Of a stretch of 64,000 bases of DNA, positions 36,893 through 47,445 are shown piece by piece. Both the position numbers and the translations under genes were made by a program. Position 1 is the stretch's first letter, and every line of letters starts with the position of its first letter. The notes under the pieces were generated by a model. It had not been told where the DNA came from and did no database searches. It saw only the letters and a program-made list of their open reading frames with translations. This stretch comes from Alphaproteobacteria bacterium (GTDB lineage: Bacteria; Myxococcota_A; UBA796; GCA-2862545): the NCBI GenBank assembly GCA_020632925.1, contig JACKER010000007.1, positions 116,910-180,909 of the forward strand. The letters run 5' to 3'.

Positions 36893-38080
36893 ATGGAACA
36901 CGAGACGAACATGGTGGTGCTGGACGGGGAGGGCGTCGTCATCGAGCCCGCGGCCGTCGATCAGCTCGCGCGGGTCGCCGCGCTGCCGGGGTGCGCCCGG
37001 GCGGTGGGGCTGCCGGACCTCCACCCGGGACCCGGGCTCCCGATCGGCGCTGCGGCGGCGATCGACGAGATCCGCCCCGAGCTGGTGGGCAGCGACGCGG
37101 GCTGCGGTGTGCGGCTGCTGGTCGCCGATCGCTTCAAGGTCACCGGCGACGCCCTCGAGCGCCGGGTCCGCGAGGCGACCGACGAGCCGCCGCTCCCCGA
37201 GGTCGACGCCGAGGAGGCGCTGGCCGCCGTGTGGGCCGAGGGCCCGGCGGCGCTCGCGAACGTCGCGGGGGTGCCCGACGAGCTGGCCGCACTGGCCTCG
37301 CTCGAGCCCCTCGACCCGTACCTGCACCGCGCGCTCCCCGAGGAGATGCTCTGGTCGGCCGGCTCGCTCGGCTCCATCGGCGGCGGCAACCACTTCGGCG
37401 AGCTGTCCGAGGTCGTCTCCGTCGTCGACGCGCCGGCCGCCGCGCGGATCGGGCTTCGGCGGGGGAGCGCGGTGGTGATGGTGCACAGCGGGTCGCGCGG
37501 CCTCGGGCGGATGCTCGCGGGTCGCCACGCCCACCCCCTCACGGACCCTGCGGCCTACCTCGAGGAGCTCGAGGGCTGCGTGCGCTTCGCCCGCGCCAAC
37601 CGGCTCGTCGTCGCGTGGAGGCTCGCTCGCGCCGCAGGGGTCGCCCGCGCCAGCAAGGTCGTGGGGACGCTCGACCTCGTCCACAACACGGTCGTCCGCT
37701 CGGGCGAGCGCTGGGTCCACCGCAAGGGGGCCGCGCCCGCCGAGGCCGACCAGCTCACGGTGGTGCTCGGCAGCCGCGGGGCGCACTCCTGGCTCATGTG
37801 CGGGGCGGGCTGCGAGGACGCGCTGTGCAGCGTGGCGCACGGGGCCGGACGGCGGATCACGCGCGGTGACGCCAAGGGCCACGTCCGCAGCCGCTACCGC
37901 CGGAGCGAGCTCACCCGCACCGCCACCGGCACGCGGGTGGTCTGCGACGACACCGATCTCCTCTACGAGGAGCACCCCGACTGCTACAAGTCCATCGAGG
38001 CCGTCGTCGACGTGCTCGAGGTCCGCGGCGTCGCCCGTCGGGTCGCCGCGTTGCGGCCGCTCGTGACGGTGAAGCGGTGA
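36893..38080 (+). CDS. rtcB: RtcB-family RNA ligase (PrfH-associated RtcB2 type)
   Basis: Motifs GCGVRLL, GGGNHFGEL, VHSGSRGLG, HNTVV, HGAGR. ORF-track start is GTG 36884; I prefer the ATG at 36893 or the ATG at 36911 because the sigma54 transcription start should fall near 36890. The stop overlaps the prfH start (GTGA). Confidence 0.8.
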   Translation: MEHETNMVVLDGEGVVIEPAAVDQLARVAALPGCARAVGLPDLHPGPGLPIGAAAAIDEIRPELVGSDAGCGVRLLVADRFKVTGDALERRVREATDEPPLPEVDAEEALAAVWAEGPAALANVAGVPDELAALASLEPLDPYLHRALPEEMLWSAGSLGSIGGGNHFGELSEVVSVVDAPAAARIGLRRGSAVVMVHSGSRGLGRMLAGRHAHPLTDPAAYLEELEGCVRFARANRLVVAWRLARAAGVARASKVVGTLDLVHNTVVRSGERWVHRKGAAPAEADQLTVVLGSRGAHSWLMCGAGCEDALCSVAHGAGRRITRGDAKGHVRSRYRRSELTRTATGTRVVCDDTDLLYEEHPDCYKSIEAVVDVLEVRGVARRVAALRPLVTVKR

Positions 38081-38673
38081 GCGTCGAGCTGCTGGTCACC
38101 AGCGGCGACGGCCCCCTCGAGGTGCGGTGGTTCGTGGCCGCGCTCGTGGAGGCGCTCGCCGAGCGCTTCGCCGTGCTCGACCGGACGGTCACGGGCCCGG
38201 AGGACGCGCCGTACTCGGTGGTGCTCCAGGTGGCCGACGAGCGAGTGGGCGACTGGCTCGGCACGCACGCGCTCTACCGCCCGAGCGAGCGCCGACGGGG
38301 ACGCAGCCGCTGGTACGTCGGTGTGAGCGCGCTGCCCCCCGTACCCTCGGCACCCGAGGTCGATCCGGCCGATGTGGAGGTCCGCACGATGCGGGGCGGC
38401 GGACCGGGCGGGCAGGCCGTGAACACGACCGCGTCGGCGGTGGTCGCCGTGCACCGCCCCAGCGGCGTGTCCGTGCGCATCCAGGACGAGCGCAGCCAGC
38501 ACCAGAACCGCCGTCGCGCGCTCGAGCGGCTGGCGGTCGCGCTGGCGCGGAGGGCGGAGGCGGCGTCGGGGGTGGTGGAGCGGAGCCGCTGGCTGCGGCG
38601 GCACCAGGTGGTGCGGGGCGATCCGGTTCGCCGCTGGCGGGACGACCGCGGGCGGCTGGTGGAGGAGCGATGA
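38077..38673 (+). CDS. prfH: peptide chain release factor H (PrfH, RF2-like GGQ protein)
   Basis: MRGGGPGGQAVNTTASAVVAVHRPSGVSVRIQDERSQHQNRRRALERL carries the GGQ motif in a truncated RF2-like fold. Genetic linkage to RtcB is the known rtcB2-prfH pairing. Confidence 0.75.
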   Translation: MSVELLVTSGDGPLEVRWFVAALVEALAERFAVLDRTVTGPEDAPYSVVLQVADERVGDWLGTHALYRPSERRRGRSRWYVGVSALPPVPSAPEVDPADVEVRTMRGGGPGGQAVNTTASAVVAVHRPSGVSVRIQDERSQHQNRRRALERLAVALARRAEAASGVVERSRWLRRHQVVRGDPVRRWRDDRGRLVEER

Positions 38674-39122
38674 GGGACGACATGCGCGACGTGCTGATCA
38701 CCCGCGGACGGCGCGGCGGGGACTGGCGCAAGCCGGGGCGGAAGCGGCCGCTCGAGGATCTCCCGCTGCGCGAGCCCATGATGCGCGGTGGAACGAAGTT
38801 CTTCGACGATCACCTCGGCCCGCTCAAGCGCTTCCTGGCCTCCCGCGTGGGGCGTCCGTGGGACGAGGTGTGGAGCGAGCTCACGCAGCACCTCGACCGC
38901 CGCGGCTTGCTCCAGGAGCACGTCTTCGTCCACCTCAAGCAGATGGTCGTGACGGAGGTGGTGGTCAAGGACGGCGTGCTCGGGTGCATGGGCTATCGAG
39001 GTTGGTACCCCCTGCACTCCGGCCGATGGCGGAACAGCTACTTCGTCGACCCGGCGACCTCGCGCCTCGAGCGCGCCCCCGACCGTCGCGTCGGCCGAGT
39101 GACGACTTCGAAAGAAGGATGA
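38670..39122 (+). CDS. hypothetical protein (third gene of the rtcB-prfH operon)
   Basis: The ATG overlaps the prfH TGA (ATGA). 150 aa, basic, normal composition (MRDDMRDVLITRGRRGGDWRKPGRKRPLEDL...). No recognisable domain. Confidence 0.45.
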   Translation: MRDDMRDVLITRGRRGGDWRKPGRKRPLEDLPLREPMMRGGTKFFDDHLGPLKRFLASRVGRPWDEVWSELTQHLDRRGLLQEHVFVHLKQMVVTEVVVKDGVLGCMGYRGWYPLHSGRWRNSYFVDPATSRLERAPDRRVGRVTTSKEG

Positions 39123-39181
39123 GGCGCGCTGGGCGATCGCGTACCGCCGATGGTACACACCTCGTCTACCCGGGAGGTCTC

Positions 39182-40492
39182 ATGCGTCGAGCAGTGGTGG
39201 TGCTGGTGCTGGCGGGGTGCGCGGACTCGGTCGAGGACACGGCGATGTTCGAGGTGGGGCCGATGCCTGACGCGATGGTCGAAGGTGCCGACGTGGTGAG
39301 CCTCCGCAGCGGGCTGACCCTCGAGGTCCCGGCGATGCTCGGTCGCGGCACCACCGAAGAGGTCGTGGTCAGCGGCCTGGCACCCAACGAGCAGGTCAAC
39401 GTGTTCTTCTCGACCGCCGGCGTGGGCGCGGGTCCGTGTCCCGCGGCGATGGGCGGGCATTGCTTCGACATCGTGGGGCCGGTGCAGCCGCTCGGCACGC
39501 CGACGGCCGGTGCGGACGGCATCGCGCGTCTGCAGGTCCCCATCGGTGCCAACGTCCCCATCGGCACGAGCGCGGGTGTCCAGGCGGTCGCGATCCGCGG
39601 GCTCGGAGGCGTCCAGACCGTCACCAGCAACCCGGTGGTGACCACGGTGACCCGCCAGCGAACCGACACGTTCAACCACTTCCCCGCCTCCCTCGACCTG
39701 TTGTTCGTCATCGACGACTCCTGCTCGATGGCGGAGGAGCAGGCCCAGCTCGTGACCAGCTTCTCGTCGTTGCTGCCGGTCCTGGCGGGCTTCTCGATGG
39801 ACTACCACGTGGGTGTCGTGACCACCGACATGACGGCGCGCGACGAGCGCGGGCGGCTGCGCGAGGACGCGGGTGGTGACCGCTGGATCGAGCCGTCCGA
39901 TGCCAACCAGGCCGTGAAGTTCGCCCAGATGGCGGACGTGGGCACCTCCGGCTCCACGGACGAGGAGGGCTTCGGCGCGATGATCGCGTCCATCAACGAC
40001 TTCGGGAACACGTACAACGCCGGGTTCCGCCGCGACGACGCCCAGTACTCGGTCGTCGTGGTCTCGGACGAGAACGAGCACAGCACGTTCATCTCGGTCG
40101 ATGATGCCGCCAACTTCCTCCACAACCAGGAGACGTACACCGGCGACGCGACGTTCACGTCGATCGTCACGCCGCTGGCGGGCTGCCCGACCGGTGACGA
40201 GCCGGGCGACAAGTACCTCGGCCTCACGAACAGCGTGGGCGGTGAGAAGGTCTCGATCTGCGCCTCCAACTACGCGCCCACCCTGCTGCAGCTGTCGCAG
40301 CGGTGGTGGACGAGCGACCCGTTCGAGCTGACGCGGGCACCGCTCGATCCGTCCACGATGGACGTGACCGTCAACGGCACGCCCGTCGACGCCGACGACT
40401 GGGTCTGGGACGCGGAGATGGGGACCGTGAGGTTCACCAACGGCTTCGCGCCGGCGGCGGGCAGCTCGGTTCGTGTCACCTACTTCTGGTAG
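39182..40492 (+). CDS. vWA domain lipoprotein
   Basis: MRRAVVVLVLAGCADS lipobox with RBS GGGAGGT. MIDAS motif DLLFVIDDSCSMAEEQAQL. 436 aa. Ends ...VRVTYFW. Confidence 0.7.
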   Translation: MRRAVVVLVLAGCADSVEDTAMFEVGPMPDAMVEGADVVSLRSGLTLEVPAMLGRGTTEEVVVSGLAPNEQVNVFFSTAGVGAGPCPAAMGGHCFDIVGPVQPLGTPTAGADGIARLQVPIGANVPIGTSAGVQAVAIRGLGGVQTVTSNPVVTTVTRQRTDTFNHFPASLDLLFVIDDSCSMAEEQAQLVTSFSSLLPVLAGFSMDYHVGVVTTDMTARDERGRLREDAGGDRWIEPSDANQAVKFAQMADVGTSGSTDEEGFGAMIASINDFGNTYNAGFRRDDAQYSVVVVSDENEHSTFISVDDAANFLHNQETYTGDATFTSIVTPLAGCPTGDEPGDKYLGLTNSVGGEKVSICASNYAPTLLQLSQRWWTSDPFELTRAPLDPSTMDVTVNGTPVDADDWVWDAEMGTVRFTNGFAPAAGSSVRVTYFW

Positions 40493-40507
40493 GCGTGCTC
40501 TTCCCGG

Positions 40508-40546
40508 GGCGATCGGCTTGTAAGTAACGAATGCTCACTACGTGAG
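40508..40546. terminator. hairpin between convergent genes (possible bidirectional terminator)
   Basis: CTTGTAAGtaacgaatgctcactacgtgagagatgCTTACAGG has imperfect inverted arms CTTGTAAG/CTTACAGG. It is locally AT-richer and sits between the stops at 40492 (+) and 40553 (-). No clean U-tract. Confidence 0.3.
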
Positions 40547-40552
40547 AGATGC

Positions 40553-42448
40553 TTACAGGCCGTACCGCTCGATCATGCGGTACAGCGTGCTCCGCGCGAT
40601 GCCGAGGGCGTCCGCGGCGGCTGCGCGGCTCGGATGGAGCGCCAGCGCGCGCCGCAGCGCCTCGACCCGCTGCTCCTCGAGCGGAGCCACCTCCGCCGGA
40701 GCCCCGCCGTAGCCGAGCTCGGGGGGCAGGTGGTCCACGCACAGCTCGGGCTCGCCGTCGGCCATGGCCAGCGCGTGCATCAGCGTCATGCGCAGCTCGC
40801 GGACGTTGCCCGGCCAGTCGTGCGCCCGCAGGCGCGCCAGGGCCGCTTCGGACAGCCGCGGGGCGGCGCCCTCCGACAGCCGGTGCAAGAGGTGCTCACT
40901 CAGCGAGGCGAGATCGGTGCGTTCGCGCAGGGGGGGCAGGCCGAGCACGCCGCCGCGGATGCGGAAGAACAGGTCCTGGCGGAAGGCGCCGCTGCGCACG
41001 CGGTCCGGCAGGTCGCGGCAGGTGGCGGAGATCAGGCGGACGTTGGCCCGCCGCGGGCGTGGGTCGCCGAGCCGCTGGTAGGTCCCGTCCTCCAGGAAGC
41101 GCAGGAGCATCGCCTGGAGCCGGGGCGTCATCTCCGCGATCTCGTCCAGGAACAGCGTGCCCCCGTCTGCCGCCGCGAGGTGGCCGTCGCGGCCCTTGGG
41201 CGAGGCGCCGGTGAACGCGTTGGGCGCGTGGCCGAAGAGCTCGGACTCCAGCAGGGCCTCGGGGAGCGCGCCGCAGTTCACGACGACCAGCGGCCGGTCC
41301 GCGCGGGGGCTCGCGCCGTGGATCGCGCGCGCCAGGAGCTCCTTGCCCGTGCCGGTCTCCGCGAGGAGCAGGATCGGCAGGGGGCTGCGGGCGAGGCGTG
41401 CGGCGGTCGCGAGCGAGGCGCGGAGCCGGTCGTCCTCGCCGTGGATGGCGGAGAACGGCGAGCAGCTGGGGTCGCGCCGGTCGCCGACCAGCACCCCGGC
41501 GGTGGCGGGCTCGAGCAGCACGAGCGCCGCCACGACCTCGCCCTGCCAGGTCTCCGCAGGCTCGAACGACGCACGGCAGCCCGCCCAGGGCCCGACCTCG
41601 AGGATCTGCCGCCGACCCAGGCGCGAGGACACCGCCGCCCAGTCCATCCCCAGGCAGGAACGCAGGTCCGTCGTCCCGAGCGAGGCGGCAGCGCGCGTGT
41701 TGGCGGCGCGGACCCGGTCGCCACGCTCGACCACCAGCGCGGGACCCGGGTGCGCCTCGAGCACGCGGCGCAGCAGCTCCTGGCTCGCCGACACGCCGCC
41801 GCTCGCGCGCAGCACGGACTCGATCGCGCGCGCCGTCGCCATGAGCGTCACGGGCACCACCGGATCGAGCCCGGTGTGGAACGAGGTCGCGTCCAGCACG
41901 CCTACCACCCGGCCCAGTGGATCGCGCAGCGGCGTCGCCCAGCACGCGAGCGCGTGGTTCGTACGGGCCCAGTGGGCGGCACCGCGGACGGCGACGGGTC
42001 CACCCTCGACCAGCGCCGTGCCGATCGCGTTGGTCCCACGGATCGACTCGCTCCACTCCGCGCCCGCGATCAGGCGCACCCGCGAGGCCTCCTCCGCGAA
42101 CCCACCGCCCGCGAGCGCTCGGACGACCACCCCGTCGGCGTCCGCGAGCAGCAGGCTGAAGTCGCGCTCGGCGAAGGCAGCGGCCGCCGCGTCGAGCACG
42201 TCGGGGGCGGCGTGCAGCAGGGGCTCGACGCGATCGGTGCGCTCACGCAGCTCTCGCCCGCTGATCACGCGCTCGTCTGCCCGATCCGGGTCCGCGCCCG
42301 CGGTGCGCGCCCGCTCCCAGCGCGTCCGGACGGCACCCAGCGACGTGGGCAGCGCGAGGCCGTGGCGGAACCGTCGCCACGCCGCACCGTCCGTCACCAG
42401 GTCCAGCAAGCCGCCCACGCGCACCCTCGGTCGTCGGGATGTCCGCAT
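40553..42448 (-). CDS. AcoR-like sigma54-dependent transcriptional activator (GAF/sensor + AAA+ + HTH)
   Basis: 631 aa. [14 protein letters not shown]-like (NAFTGA), a C-terminal HTH ([15 protein letters not shown]), and an N-terminal sensory region typical of the AcoR family. Divergent from the aldehyde dehydrogenase gene. Confidence 0.75.
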   Translation of the reverse strand: MRTSRRPRVRVGGLLDLVTDGAAWRRFRHGLALPTSLGAVRTRWERARTAGADPDRADERVISGRELRERTDRVEPLLHAAPDVLDAAAAAFAERDFSLLLADADGVVVRALAGGGFAEEASRVRLIAGAEWSESIRGTNAIGTALVEGGPVAVRGAAHWARTNHALACWATPLRDPLGRVVGVLDATSFHTGLDPVVPVTLMATARAIESVLRASGGVSASQELLRRVLEAHPGPALVVERGDRVRAANTRAAASLGTTDLRSCLGMDWAAVSSRLGRRQILEVGPWAGCRASFEPAETWQGEVVAALVLLEPATAGVLVGDRRDPSCSPFSAIHGEDDRLRASLATAARLARSPLPILLLAETGTGKELLARAIHGASPRADRPLVVVNCGALPEALLESELFGHAPNAFTGASPKGRDGHLAAADGGTLFLDEIAEMTPRLQAMLLRFLEDGTYQRLGDPRPRRANVRLISATCRDLPDRVRSGAFRQDLFFRIRGGVLGLPPLRERTDLASLSEHLLHRLSEGAAPRLSEAALARLRAHDWPGNVRELRMTLMHALAMADGEPELCVDHLPPELGYGGAPAEVAPLEEQRVEALRRALALHPSRAAAADALGIARSTLYRMIERYGL

Positions 42449-42509
42449 CGTATCCCGAGTGTTCGACGTGTCCGGGATCGGGACGCGACAGTGTCCCGTT
42501 GTGGGACAC
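42433..42509. promoter_or_regulatory. inverted-repeat cluster (candidate UAS for the AcoR-like activator)
   Basis: TCGGGATgtccgcatcgtATCCCGA (7-bp arms) and GTGTCCCgttgtGGGACAC (7-bp arms), plus GTCCGGGATCGGGAC, all 40-130 bp upstream of the sigma54 promoter. Confidence 0.35.
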
Positions 42510-42549
42510 CACCTCGCGATCCTCGGCGTATGTCCGTGTCCCGGTCCCC

Positions 42550-42565
42550 TGGTCCGAGGGTTGCT
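42550..42565 (+). promoter_or_regulatory. sigma54 (-24/-12) promoter for the aldehyde dehydrogenase gene
   Basis: TGGTCCGAGGGTTGCT: GG at 42551-2, GC at 42563-4, 12-nt spacing, TTGC -12 box. The RBS AGGAGGT and the ATG at 42591 follow. Confidence 0.55.
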
Positions 42566-42590
42566 TTGCTCCAGGCCCCAGGAGGTACCG

Positions 42591-44111
<1,521 letters not shown>

Positions 44112-44120
44112 GAGCCGGCC

Positions 44121-44510
44121 GTGGACGAGCCGCGGCGGGTCGACGCCACGGACGCGGCGTTGGCGCTGATCCGGGAGCTGGTGGAGGAGCACGGACCCGT
44201 GTTGTTCCACCAGTCCGGCGGCTGCTGCGACGGGAGCGCGCCGATGTGCTTCCCGCGCAGCGAGTTCCGGATCGGCGCCAACGACGTGCTCCTCGGCGAG
44301 ATCGGAGGAGCGGAGGTGTGGATCGGGGGCCGTCAGTACGAGGTGTGGGCCCACACGGCACTCGTCATCGACGTGGTACCGGGGAGGGGAGCGGGCTTCT
44401 CGCTCGAGGCGCCCCGTGGTGTTCGGTTCGTGACGCGGTCGCGGGTGATGGGTGAGCAGGAGCTCTGCGCGTTGCCTGCGCCGGTTCGAGGGTCGGACCG
44501 CGACGGGTAG
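44121..44510 (+). CDS. DUF779 family protein
   Basis: LFHQSGGCCDGSAPMCF signature. Immediately downstream of the aldehyde dehydrogenase gene, which is the usual pairing. Confidence 0.65.
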   Translation: MDEPRRVDATDAALALIRELVEEHGPVLFHQSGGCCDGSAPMCFPRSEFRIGANDVLLGEIGGAEVWIGGRQYEVWAHTALVIDVVPGRGAGFSLEAPRGVRFVTRSRVMGEQELCALPAPVRGSDRDG

Positions 44511-44531
44511 CGAGGTCGTGTCTGGTCGGCT

Positions 44532-45926
44532 TCAACCCAGCCGTGCGGCCCCGAGGTCCACGATCGCAGCACCTCTGAACACCAGGAACCCGTCGGGGCG
44601 CAGCAGCAGCGCCTCGGCGTCCCCGTAGACCGCGCGGACGGCGGGCTCGTCGGGGAGGGGAGCCCACCGCGCCCAGGCGGGCACGGGCTGCTCGCGTCTG
44701 GAGAGCAGGGTCGGGGCCGAGCGGGTCGGGTCCAGCAGCCACCCGCCGCCCTCCAGCGCCACGTCCACGGCGCGCAGACCGGCGCGCACCGTGCCTCCGG
44801 ACGCGCGGTCCGTCCCGGGGACGCGCACGTCGGCCCCGATGGTCCAGCGGGCGACGGTGACCGGCGCGAGGCGTGGGGCGAGACGCGCGATCGGCGTCCG
44901 CAGCGCACCCACGGGGAGCGACAGCGCCATGGCCGCGCCGAAGGCCTGCAGGACGTTCCACCGCGCGGCGGGCCGGCGGTGGCGGAGGTAGCCGTCGAGC
45001 GCGTCCTCCAGACCGTGACGCACGGCGAGCACCAGGCGCCACGCGAGGTCCGCGGCATCCGTCAGCCCCGTGTTCATGCCGTGCCCGCCGACCGGCGCGT
45101 GCAGGTGGGCCGCGTCGCCCGCGAGCAGCACCCGCCCCTTGCGCCAGCGGGACGCCCAGCGAGCGTGCAGGCGGAACGGCGAGCTCCAGCGCACCCCGAG
45201 CGGGCTCGGCGCCAGCGGGTCACGCGCTCTCACCAGGTCGGGCACGTCCTCGGGGCCCGCGCCGCTCGGCAAGGCCGCCACCCAGCGCTCGCCCTCGCGC
45301 AGGGGGATTCGCATCGCCAGCCCGCGCCCGGTCACGATCTCCGCCCGCGGGTCGTCCGTCGGCGGCAGGTCCACGTCCGCGAGCGCCCAGCCCTCGCGCG
45401 TCACGCCGCGCAGCCTCGCGCCGATGGCCTCGCGCACGACGCTCGAAGCCCCGTCGCAGCCGACGACCCAGGTCCCCGCGAAGCGCGCGCGCTCCCCGCC
45501 CACCACCGCCTCGACCGACGGCGCGTCCACGTCCACCGCCACCACGTCCGCACCGCGCACGATGGTCACGCCGGCGGCCCGCGCGTGGCCCTCGAGCACG
45601 GCCTCCAGCTCGGGTTGCGGAAGCGCCAGCGACCACGGCCAGCGCCCGGGGGCGACTCGGGTGTCGACCTCGGCCACCAGCCGATCGCGGTGGCGGTGTC
45701 GCGCGCCGAACATCGGCCGCCCTGCCGCGAGGTCCGCCTCCGTCACCCCGGCGCACGCCAGCCCCTCCAGCACCGGGCCGTGCACGTGGCTCGCCTTCGG
45801 TCGCGGATCGGGTGCCGCGCTCCGCTCGAGCACGGTGACCGCGAGCCCCGCTCGTCCCAGCGCGGACCCCAGCGCCAGCCCCACCGGACCGCCGCCCACC
45901 ACCAGCACGTCGATCGCGTCTGCCAC
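44532..45926 (-). CDS. FAD-dependent monooxygenase (UbiH/PHBH-like)
   Basis: The GTG start gives VADAIDVLVVGGGPVGLALGSALGRAGLAVTVLER (dinucleotide-binding GxGxxG). GDAAHLHAPVGGHGMNTGLTDAADLAWRL (second FAD motif). The upstream part of the ORF is junk. Confidence 0.65.
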   Translation of the reverse strand: MADAIDVLVVGGGPVGLALGSALGRAGLAVTVLERSAAPDPRPKASHVHGPVLEGLACAGVTEADLAAGRPMFGARHRHRDRLVAEVDTRVAPGRWPWSLALPQPELEAVLEGHARAAGVTIVRGADVVAVDVDAPSVEAVVGGERARFAGTWVVGCDGASSVVREAIGARLRGVTREGWALADVDLPPTDDPRAEIVTGRGLAMRIPLREGERWVAALPSGAGPEDVPDLVRARDPLAPSPLGVRWSSPFRLHARWASRWRKGRVLLAGDAAHLHAPVGGHGMNTGLTDAADLAWRLVLAVRHGLEDALDGYLRHRRPAARWNVLQAFGAAMALSLPVGALRTPIARLAPRLAPVTVARWTIGADVRVPGTDRASGGTVRAGLRAVDVALEGGGWLLDPTRSAPTLLSRREQPVPAWARWAPLPDEPAVRAVYGDAEALLLRPDGFLVFRGAAIVDLGAARLG

Positions 45927-46029
45927 GGCGTCCTCGTAGCTCGCGCAGAAAGTTCTGCAGGGTCCGCGACCCGATCTCGTGGGAGGGACGAGGCGCCACG
46001 TCCGGCGCCCTCCGACCCAGGAGGAAGCG

Positions 46030-47442
46030 ATGTCCCCGACCCCCCTCGTCACGTTCTGGGTGGCCCTGTCCACCCCCGCGAGCGCGCAGTCCGTGTTCCT
46101 CCACTACGACTTCGACGGCGCGGGCGTCACCTCGGCGGGCCACGTCTTCGCCGACGACTCGGGGAACGGCAACGACGGGGTGCTCGTGGACAACGGCACG
46201 CTCGACAACGGCGCCTACGTGACCAGCCCGGCGGCCTTCGGGCAGGCGTGGAACGACCCGGGGGAGGGGAGCCTGGCCGACGGCGACCGGGTGGACCTGT
46301 CCGTCCCGTACACCCCCGACGCCTCGACGCCGTGGACGGTGTCCTTCTGGATGGACATGTACGGCGGCGCGGTCCGTCCGCTCTTCGACCCCGCCACGCA
46401 GGACGACGAGCTCTATGTGCGCGCCGACAGCGTGAGCGAGGTCAGCTTGCGGCTCGGCGGCCAGGGAACCGTGATCTGGGACACGGCGGGCATCGTGAAC
46501 CAGCGGTCCTTCGCGCATTACGCGCTGGTCGCCGATCCCGGCGGCATCGTGGGCGTGGACCAGGACGGCGACGGGCTGGACGACCACGTCGCGCTCTACG
46601 TCGACGGCGTGCTGATGGCGACGACCTCCACGGGCCTCTCCAGCTACGCGACCCCGGTGACCATGACCGCCATCGGCGACGGGAGCGCGAACAACGTCTT
46701 CGCGCGCGAGTCGGCCGGGATCTACGACGAGCTCTGGGTGGTCGACGGGTTCGCGATGGGCGCCGGCGCCGTCTGGCAGCTCCACAAGCGCAACCACGTG
46801 TGCTGGTCCACGAGCGACGGCGACGGGGTCCCGGACGACTGCGACGTGTGTCCGTCGGAGGATGCGTCTCACTGCGACCCCGACGCGAACGGGTGCATCG
46901 ACGACGCCGACAGCGACGGGCTGCTCGACTGCGAGGAGGACCTGAACGGCGACGACGTCTACGACGAGGACACCGACCTCGACGGCGTCCCGGACTACCT
47001 GGACGACGACGACGACGGCGACGGCATCCCCACGCTCGACGAGGACCCGGACGCCGACGGCGACTACCTCGAGCACGACAGCGACAGCGACGGCATCCCG
47101 AACTACCTCGACGACTGGAACGCGCGGATCTCGGCCTCGGTCACCGCCGGTGTGCCGAGCGAGCTCGTGGTCACCGACGCGCCCCCGGGCTCGACGGTCG
47201 TGTTCCTCCGCGCGTGGCAGCCCGGCTTCTGGTACCAGTGTTTCCCCGGTCCCCTGGGGCCCTGCCTCGGCCTGCGCAACCCCACCGTCGTCGACGTGGT
47301 CACCACGCCCGAGAGCGGCATCGCCACCACCACGTTCACGCTCCCCGCCCAGACCGCCGGCCTCGTCGGCTACGTCCAGGCCGCCATCTCCGACCCGTCG
47401 CAGAACCAGGTGACCCAGATCCTCCAGGTGACCGTCCAGTAG
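46030..47442 (+). CDS. secreted protein with LamG/concanavalin-like domain and thrombospondin type-3-like Ca-binding Asp repeats
   Basis: Start at MSPTPLVTFWVALSTPASAQS (Sec signal) with RBS CAGGAGGAAGCG. The C-terminal half carries multiple DxDxDGxxD motifs (DSDGDGVPDDCD, DDDGDGIPTLDEDPDADGD). Confidence 0.6.
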   Translation: MSPTPLVTFWVALSTPASAQSVFLHYDFDGAGVTSAGHVFADDSGNGNDGVLVDNGTLDNGAYVTSPAAFGQAWNDPGEGSLADGDRVDLSVPYTPDASTPWTVSFWMDMYGGAVRPLFDPATQDDELYVRADSVSEVSLRLGGQGTVIWDTAGIVNQRSFAHYALVADPGGIVGVDQDGDGLDDHVALYVDGVLMATTSTGLSSYATPVTMTAIGDGSANNVFARESAGIYDELWVVDGFAMGAGAVWQLHKRNHVCWSTSDGDGVPDDCDVCPSEDASHCDPDANGCIDDADSDGLLDCEEDLNGDDVYDEDTDLDGVPDYLDDDDDGDGIPTLDEDPDADGDYLEHDSDSDGIPNYLDDWNARISASVTAGVPSELVVTDAPPGSTVVFLRAWQPGFWYQCFPGPLGPCLGLRNPTVVDVVTTPESGIATTTFTLPAQTAGLVGYVQAAISDPSQNQVTQILQVTVQ

Positions 47443-47445
47443 CGT

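Noticed and set aside
45979-46029. Upstream ATG (MGGTRRHVRRPPTQEEA) as the start of the LamG/TSP3 protein
   Set aside because: The downstream ATG at 46030 is preceded by CAGGAGGAAGCG and opens directly into a canonical Sec signal peptide. The upstream extension is basic junk.
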